Source: Rotaria sp. (taxonomy: Eukaryota). Taken from it: a stretch of 5,369 nucleotides of DNA. The notes under the pieces are model-generated. The model was not told the DNA's origin. It did no database searches and saw nothing but the letters and a program-made list of their open reading frames with translations. Shown here piece by piece: positions 1 through 5,369 of this stretch. Location: NCBI GenBank assembly GCA_905250055.1, contig CAJNOF010000082.1:244622-249990 (forward strand), read 5' to 3'. Within the stretch, counting starts at the first letter, position 1. The number at the start of each line of letters is the position of its first letter. The translations under genes and the position numbers were made by a program.

Positions 1-12
1 CTATGTCTGAAA

Positions 13-74
13 ATCAGGAAAATAGGCAGGACACATTTTAGAAAAAAATCAGGAATTTCGATTAAAATCAGGAC
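13..74 (+). repeat. ATCAGGA-motif cluster A
   Basis: ATCAGGA at 13..19, 48..54 and 67..73, plus related GGCAGGACA, in an A-rich context. Confidence 0.6.
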
Positions 75-873
75 ATTTTAAGTCTTATCATAGTGCTATT
101 GTTCAGGATGTAAGCTGCACAAAAGTATGTCGATCAATGATAGTTCATTGAAACTACTATATTATATTTCGCCGAATACGTGCTTCGAGTTCTGCTTTTT
201 TCCTTTTCGTTCGCTATCTCTAATTATGCATTGTGTATACGTTTTCTTTTTCTCAGATACGTGGCCTACGGAAGGGGGCATCCTTCACTATTGGAGTCTT
301 ATTTGTTTCTAGTAGAAATCGCATTTTTATCAGGAAAATAGCTGTAAAAAGAAATAAGAAAAATCCGCATTTTCGCAGTGTTTAAGGTTCTATAACCATC
401 TTTTCGGCACTCAAACCATTTCCCTGCATCGCAATTTTCTTCCCCTCTCTGCTACTTTTCCTCTTTTTCATATCCCTGCTCTTCGCACATATAAAACCAC
501 CATGTTATAGATAAACGAATAAAAGCGTTTACAAGAAAACTTTAGTAAATCGACTAAAATGTTAAAATAAAAGAATACAAGATTTAATGCAACTACGCAC
601 GGTCGTGAACTGTATGATATAAATACCGCCGAAGTACTGGTGATAATTACTAATGATAAAATAGCTGCTTTCAAAAACCAATTAATTCGAAATAATCGAT
701 TCTTAAAGTGATCACAAGAAAAAAATGGGCAAAATAAAAATTTGAGTACCATCTTTCTTTTTATAGAAAATATTCAACAAATATTTTCATAAAATTTTTA
801 AGAAACGTTGAGTATAACAAAATAAAACATCAAAATGACGTATATGTGGTCCTACAGAGATAAATCTTGAAAA

Positions 874-949
874 ATCAGGACAAAAACAGGTTTTTCAGTC
901 AAAAGCAGGAAAATCAGGACACCTTTAAAAAATCAGGAAAAAATCAGGA
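874..949 (+). repeat. ATCAGGA-motif cluster B
   Basis: ATCAGGA at 874..880, 913..919, 932..938 and 943..949, plus related AACAGG and AGCAGGA. Confidence 0.65.
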
Positions 950-973
950 AAGTACACACGCTGCGAGGCCTGT

Positions 974-1117
974 CTTTATTTTAAAAAATAAAGATAATGA
1001 AATAAAGAAATCTCTATTTTTTAAAAAGTAAAGAGAAAGTAAATCTTTATATTTATAAAATAAAGATAAAGATAATCTTTATTTGTAAAAATAAAGTTAA
1101 AATAAAGAATAAAGAAT
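974..1117. repeat. AT-rich CTTTATT/AATAAAG block, left member of an inverted pair
   Basis: 1066..1113 is the reverse complement of 2064..2111 with 46/48 matches. The 20-mer CTTTATTTTAAAAAATAAAG at 974..993 is the exact reverse complement of 2081..2100. Confidence 0.7.
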
Positions 1118-1179
1118 GACTTTTGTAAATTACAACAAAATAAATAAATCGCTGTTATTAACAACAGGTGATGTCAATT

Positions 1180-1211
1180 AAAAAATATTTCGTACTGTAG
1201 GAATATTTTTT
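1180..1211. repeat. Small AT-rich inverted repeat
   Basis: AAAAAATATT (1180..1189) versus AATATTTTTT (1202..1211), a perfect 10-bp stem with a 12-nt loop. Confidence 0.6.
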
Positions 1212-1412
1212 GTCCAAAATAAGCCGTAATACAAAGTCAGTAAAGTGCCAGAAAAAAGGTCATGATTGCATTCATAGTTTTAAAATTGGTGAATGATTAA
1301 TGGAATTATTATTTTGCTATCGATATGATTCTTCTGAGACTGACTCTTATACTAATATCCGTTTGTGATGTTCTTTAAGACTTTTAAAATACGTATCATA
1401 TATTGTTGCTTA

Positions 1413-1437
1413 GGGTGTGGGTGTGGTTGGGTGAGGG
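1413..1437 (+). other. G-quadruplex-compatible motif GGG-N3-GGG-N7-GGG-N3-GGG
   Basis: Sequence GGGTGTGGGTGTGGTTGGGTGAGGG fits the standard G3+N1-7 pattern. Folding is not shown. Confidence 0.65.
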
Positions 1438-1477
1438 TTCTGTATGCAGCCACACCATAATCACCTCCACATTCACA

Positions 1478-1502
1478 CCCTTCCATACCCACACCCACAC
1501 CC
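1478..1502 (-). other. G-quadruplex-compatible motif on the minus strand (plus strand CCC-N7-CCC-N3-CCC-N3-CCC)
   Basis: Plus strand CCCTTCCATACCCACACCCACACCC. 1489..1502 is also the exact reverse complement of 1413..1426 (14 bp). Confidence 0.65.
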
Positions 1503-2063
1503 ACACTCACACCCTCCGGAAGAAATCCGAGATATAACATTTATACATGGCTTGCATGGTTGAAAAAAATATTGGAAGAAAGTAGTTAGTCAACTAAGGT
1601 CAAGCCATCTCCTAAAAGCAAAGTGATTTCGTCATTGAATATTGTTACCAACACTTCATTTACGTCAATGTCAAAAATGATAATTATGTTGCAAAACGAA
1701 TCAACCAAAAGACTATATTCTGTGCAGAACTTTAGCTGAATTAGAGTCGTAGCCATTTTTACAATAAAATCTAACAATTTTTAGAAAAATAATATAGTTA
1801 ACTGAAAAGCTTATGAGTAAGATTTGATTTTCGTTTCAGTTATTACGAAGGAAGTTATTGAAATAACTAACATAGGATTTAGAAACGCAATTCATTGAAA
1901 TAAGGAAAGGTATTAGCATATTGTCACTTATTACGTATTATATTTTGCATTTATTTTTCCAATTGATAAAAATAATCCTATGAAATAACTTTTAATTAAT
2001 ATGTATATATTATTGTTACAACATGATTTATTTATTTCGTTGAAATTTCCAAACAAATTATTT

Positions 2064-2172
2064 TTTATTCTTTATTTTAACTTTATTTTTTAAAATAAAG
2101 ATTATCTTTATTCTTTATAAAATAAAGATAAAGTAAATTTTTACCTTTATTAATAAAGTAAAGATAAAGTAA
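2064..2172. repeat. AT-rich AATAAAG/CTTTATT block, right member of an inverted pair
   Basis: Reverse-complement match to 1066..1113. The block continues with TAAAGATAAAG units to about 2172. Confidence 0.7.
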
Positions 2173-2353
2173 CACCCCTAATTTAGAATCCGTAGTAAGA
2201 AAGCGCGAAAACATAGAGCTAAGGCGAGTTTCAATTGTAGTTTGAAATTCGAAGAGTATTAATCGTATTGTAATGAATTTTTTGTGGAACTCACATATAT
2301 TTTCGAAGAAAATAGTGAGTGTAAGTTTTAAGGTCAAGGTTTCGCGGCTCCTT

Positions 2354-2433
2354 CCCCCTCCCCTTACGGACAGGCACCCATTACAGACCATAGCAACGTA
2401 GGCCCCACCATTACAGACACTCCCCATTACAGG
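2354..2433 (-). repeat. Short degenerate tandem repeat, minus-strand consensus about CTGTAATGGKG
   Basis: Plus-strand CCATTACAG occurs exactly three times (2378..2386, 2408..2416, 2424..2432). A degenerate relative, CCCCTTACGGACAG, starts at about 2360. The first and third copies share a longer stretch: CCCATTACAGACCATAGCAAC versus CCCATTACAGGCCGTAGCCAC. Confidence 0.6.
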
Positions 2434-3007
2434 CCGTAGCCACTTTGCCAGAAAAAGAAAAAATTTCTGCTTCAAATATAGAGATAAAAAAGACAGCATT
2501 TTCTGATAATCGATTATCATTAGAAAAGAACTATTATATTTTGGAGAATTTAAATATTGAGTATTTTGTGATTAGTTTAATGAAATCAAAGAAGATATGT
2601 GAGTTCCATATTCAATCCCAAAGAGACTTCGCTAACAAGCTTTTTTTGAGTAAGTATAGCCTATCCGATTACTAAGTATCTAAAAAGGAAGTATGCAAGC
2701 GATTATTTACTGGCTTGCAGCTGTTTTTTACACGAGACGTTTATGGTTGAGTTTGCTGTGCATATAGAAACGATCATAGGTCCCAGTTTTTCGGGAGCAG
2801 TACGCGCCCTCACGTCGCGACGCTAATTTGAAAGATCAGTTACGCTGACGCAAATACTTTGGTAGAAGTAACCGTTGAATGATTAAAGATTTGAGTTCAC
2901 TTTTTAGGTGACGTTTAACGCAATCTACCAGACCTATGGCAGTAATGATTCTTGATCTCATGTCAAATGAGCTAAAAAACTTTTCGAAAAGATCAGTTCA
3001 TATAAAG

Positions 3008-3230
3008 AGCTCTTCAAGCAGTTCTTCAGATCTGATATGCACTGTCTGAACCAGAGATTGAATCGAACCCAGTTGGACTGCTTCCAGTTCGGTTTCGTTA
3101 GAATTAATTTTCTTAAGAGTAGTTCAGATTCAGTTCGATTCGACTTCATTGTTGAGAGAGCGACTCGGACTTGGCTCGTTTTAGTCTCTGGTTTGAGCAG
3201 TGCAGCTCAGATCAACATTTGCTGAAGAAG
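3008..3230. repeat. Diverged fold-back repeat, possible old inverted-repeat element
   Basis: 3030..3070 (ATCTGATATGCACTG...CCAGAGATTGAATCGAACCC) pairs with the reverse complement of 3172..3212 (ATCTGAGCTGCACTG...CCAGAGACTAAAACGAGCCA) at about 30/41 ungapped. Most mismatches are transitions. Weaker similarity continues outward (CTTCAAGCAGTTCTTCAG versus CTTCAGCAAATGTTG). Confidence 0.5.
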
Positions 3231-3326
3231 ATTGGTGGATAGACCTATTTGTTCGGATGCATATATTGTTTTTCTAGAAAAGTAGAATTGTACTAGCGTT
3301 ATATCGGATACTCTTGGCATCACTCA

Positions 3327-3627
3327 ATCCCAGGTCGATCGTTCCGGTCACCGGATACTGCAGGAACCGGCAGGAAAGACGCGGAAAAATCGCCGGTTCC
3401 TGCAGGAAAACACCGGAAATCAACGGAACATGGAAGCAGTATTCCGACCGAAAATTTTTCGGACTTTTTCCGGCGGATTTCCGGCCGGTTCCTGCCGGAA
3501 AGAACAGAATTGGCTGGAATCCACCGGAAAAAAATCCGAAAAATTTCCGGCCGGAATACTGCTTCCATGTTCCGTTGATTTCCGGTGTTTTCCTGCCGGA
3601 ACCGGCCGGTACTTTTCGACCTGGGAT
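3327..3627. repeat. CCGG/TTCCGG-rich fold-back (MITE-like) element; outer 12-bp inverted termini ATCCCAGGTCGA (3327..3338) / TCGACCTGGGAT (3616..3627)
   Basis: Arms 3392..3469 and 3529..3606 are reverse complements with about 74/78 matches. Within them 3402..3446 versus 3552..3596 (CAGGAAAACACCGGAAATCAACGGAACATGGAAGCAGTATTCCG core) matches perfectly. Outer termini match 12/12. Composition contrasts sharply with the AT-rich flanks. The inverted repeat is directly visible; its identity as a transposable element is inferred. Confidence 0.85.
3358..3405. repeat. Nested perfect 14-bp inverted repeat inside the left part of the fold-back element
   Basis: CTGCAGGAACCGGC (3358..3371) is the exact reverse complement of GCCGGTTCCTGCAG (3392..3405), with a 20-nt loop. 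Confidence 0.85.
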
Positions 3628-4341
3628 ATGACACAGGCATCATATGAGATACCAAAGATATTTACAAGGATGCGATCAGTTTCTCAGGTTATGACAAGAT
3701 CAGAATAGATGATGTCTGTGGTATCCTAGGTAATTCTATTATTACCTTAGCTAAAGTCAATATGATGCCAACTGACATCAGTAGCATCCCTGTTTGAGTC
3801 TATAATCTTCAAGGTAATGCTCGTAGTATCCTGGTATTCGAGCAAAAATGATAAATCACTCCAAGTAGATGAGGTCCACTAACTCATTCGGTAAAACAGA
3901 TCTTGTTCCGAGTTGAGCTATTCAAACAGATTAAACCACTTGTATGAGCAGGGTTCTTAGCTTCTTCGCTATTCTTTTATAAGATAGTCCCAATTCAAGG
4001 TATAAATTATAATTGAGATAAAAAGTTTGGCTTCGGTTTTTCCTGAGTTCAGTACGGTTTTGAGTTTTTCATTTATTTTCTAAGTGATATTATGCTTGAA
4101 GAGCACCATTTTATATTCGAACTCGCTACGAGCAACTTACAATCATCTGAGTTTATTCTCATTGTTAAACACTGTCTTTGCGGATTACTATGAAGAAAAT
4201 CTTAAATCACGTAGTGCCAAGGGAATTTAACTTAAAAATTAGAACAAGGCATAAGCACCGAATCTTTTCGTTTTTCAGTTGATTTATTTTATCCGTTATT
4301 GAGGAAAACTAATATACTGTACAAGTTTAAAACCCGGAGAG

Positions 4342-4359
4342 AATCTCAGATCTGAGATT
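4342..4359. repeat. 18-bp perfect palindrome AATCTCAGATCTGAGATT
   Basis: The sequence equals its own reverse complement. It is flanked by ACCC (left, 6-nt offset) and GGGT (right). Confidence 0.9.
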
Positions 4360-5158
4360 GGGTATGACCAATGTTGAATTTGGATTCTTATTGATCAACT
4401 GAGAAATCAATGGCATTGTCTTAACGGAGAAGGCTACTATTTAAGGATGTGTGTAGATTGTGGTGTTGTTGTATACACTATCTAGAAGACATTCAAACTG
4501 ACGCATACAGACACTCACATCCACACCCTCATCATTTGATGGGATTGAAGTTCTATCAAAAAGATGCCAAATTCATAATTTTAATAGTATTTTGGACTGT
4601 CTGCTTATTCTGAAATTGAATCCACATAATACAATGGATTACAAAAATAAAGACTAAAATGCATTACTTTGTTGATAGCTTATACATTTCAAAATTCTAC
4701 TAAATTCTCAAGAAACTAATATTAAAATGTGAGTCTCAACATGCTCTTTGCGTTGATGTATGATTGGATGGACTTAGCCAAGAAAATTACTAGTGAGTGA
4801 ATGTGACCTGTTATGTGTCTCCCTAGGTTATGCTTGATCCACGGACACAAAAACAACCAAAAATCAAATCATAGAAAAAACTTTAGATTTCAATTTTTGT
4901 TATTTTTAAGATATTGTCGATAACTTGTTCGATATAAATATGAATCATGAAACGTGTATACATATCATAACTAGTCCATTTAGACGATTTTCATCAAAAA
5001 TATCTTAAAGATATCATGTATCACCAATAATACCGAAAAAGTTTCGCTCGTCTGTGACTCTTGTTATCGATAATACTGCATCGATTTGAAAATAAACTTT
5101 AATATTCAGGAAGAAATACCATTGTATCGGGCATGACCAGAAGTGTAGGTGTTCGTAT

Positions 5159-5234
5159 GGGTGGGATGGGTGTGTGGATGTGGACGAATAAAATATGCAC
5201 GCCCACATCAAAATTCAATCCTATATCCACACCC
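5159..5234. repeat. GTGGG/CACCC-rich degenerate patch
   Basis: GGGTGGGATGGGTGTGTGGATGTGG is followed by GCACGCCCACATC and ATATCCACACCCTAACACC. It is a partial inverted arrangement similar in composition to 1413..1514 and 4511..4530. Confidence 0.45.
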
Positions 5235-5369
5235 TAACACCGAAAATGTGAAATTTAGAGACGATAAAGCTACTGAAAAATGCGTTTTTTTGCCTAAAAT
5301 ATGGATGGGCGGTATTTTGATAATGTTACCACCATTTTTTGATAAAATTTACATATTCTAGAAGGCCGA

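Noticed and set aside
13-949. CRISPR-like array from ATCAGGA motifs
   Set aside because: The motifs are only about 7 bp, spacing is irregular, and there are no conserved long direct repeats or cas-like ORFs.
1352-1540. Minus ORF encoding GVGVGVG and HPHPHP runs
   Set aside because: It is a translation of the CACCC/GGGTGT simple repeat and not a credible protein.
1586-1777. 63-aa minus-strand ORF with a protein-like hydrophobic stretch
   Set aside because: It is short, has no recognisable family or neighbouring exon signal I could support, and the length is expected by chance.
2348-2365. Polypyrimidine tract as the polypurine tract of a minus-strand LTR retrotransposon
   Set aside because: No adjacent TG...CA LTR, primer-binding site or reverse transcriptase/integrase homology was visible.
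2083-2520. 145-aa minus-strand ORF, the longest in the track
   Set aside because: It runs through the AATAAAG/CTTTATT low-complexity block and the degenerate CCATTACAG repeat. The translation is compositionally biased (K/Y/I/L/F) with no recognisable domain.
2445-2675. 76-aa plus ORF (MPEKEKISASN...)
   Set aside because: The start codon is TTG, which is unlikely in a eukaryotic context. There is no recognisable homology. Only the downstream part is mentioned as a weak splice lead.
2694-2719. TGCAAGC...GCTTGCA 7-bp inverted repeat
   Set aside because: A stem this short is expected by chance and has no supporting context.
3314-3631. 105-aa plus-strand ORF
   Set aside because: It begins at a TTG rather than ATG and lies entirely in the CCGG-rich fold-back. 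The open frame is a by-product of few stop codons in GC-rich repeat DNA.
3320-3655. 111-aa minus-strand ORF
   Set aside because: It is the mirror of plus-strand ORFs through the inverted repeat, with no independent coding evidence.
3729-3746. GGTAAT-N6-ATTACC hairpin
   Set aside because: It is only a 6-bp stem and not distinguishable from chance.
3819-3843. Imperfect hairpin GCTCGTAGTATCCTGGTATTCGAGC
   Set aside because: The stem has only 5 clean pairs plus interrupted and wobble pairs. There is no U-tract or other context, so it is likely chance.
5000-5014. ATATCTTAAAGATAT near-palindrome and the nearby TTATCGATAA palindrome (5064..5073)
   Set aside because: Short AT-rich palindromes are common at this base composition.

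Overview
This looks like an AT-rich, non-coding eukaryotic window made mostly of repeat remnants. I found no convincing conserved protein, rRNA, tRNA or CRISPR array. The supplied ORFs are short and mostly low-complexity, and some 'M' starts are TTG codons, so I call no CDS. The clearest object is a CCGG-rich fold-back element at 3327..3627. It has 12-bp perfect outer inverted repeats (ATCCCAGGTCGA) and ~78-bp inner arms that pair at 74/78 by hand, including a 45-bp perfect run. It also has an asymmetric nested hairpin on the left side and sits in much more AT-rich DNA. Other structured regions are: CTTTATT/AATAAAG-rich inverted blocks (974..1117 and 2064..2111) flanking about 950 bp; a pair of opposite-strand G-quadruplex-compatible tracts (1413..1437 plus strand, 1478..1502 minus strand); an older fold-back at about 3008..3230; a short G-rich degenerate repeat at 2354..2433; ATCAGGA-motif clusters at 13..74 and 874..949; and further GTGGG/CACCC-rich patches near 4510 and 5150..5235. 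All coordinates and match counts were made by eye and should be recomputed. The host species cannot be assigned from this window.
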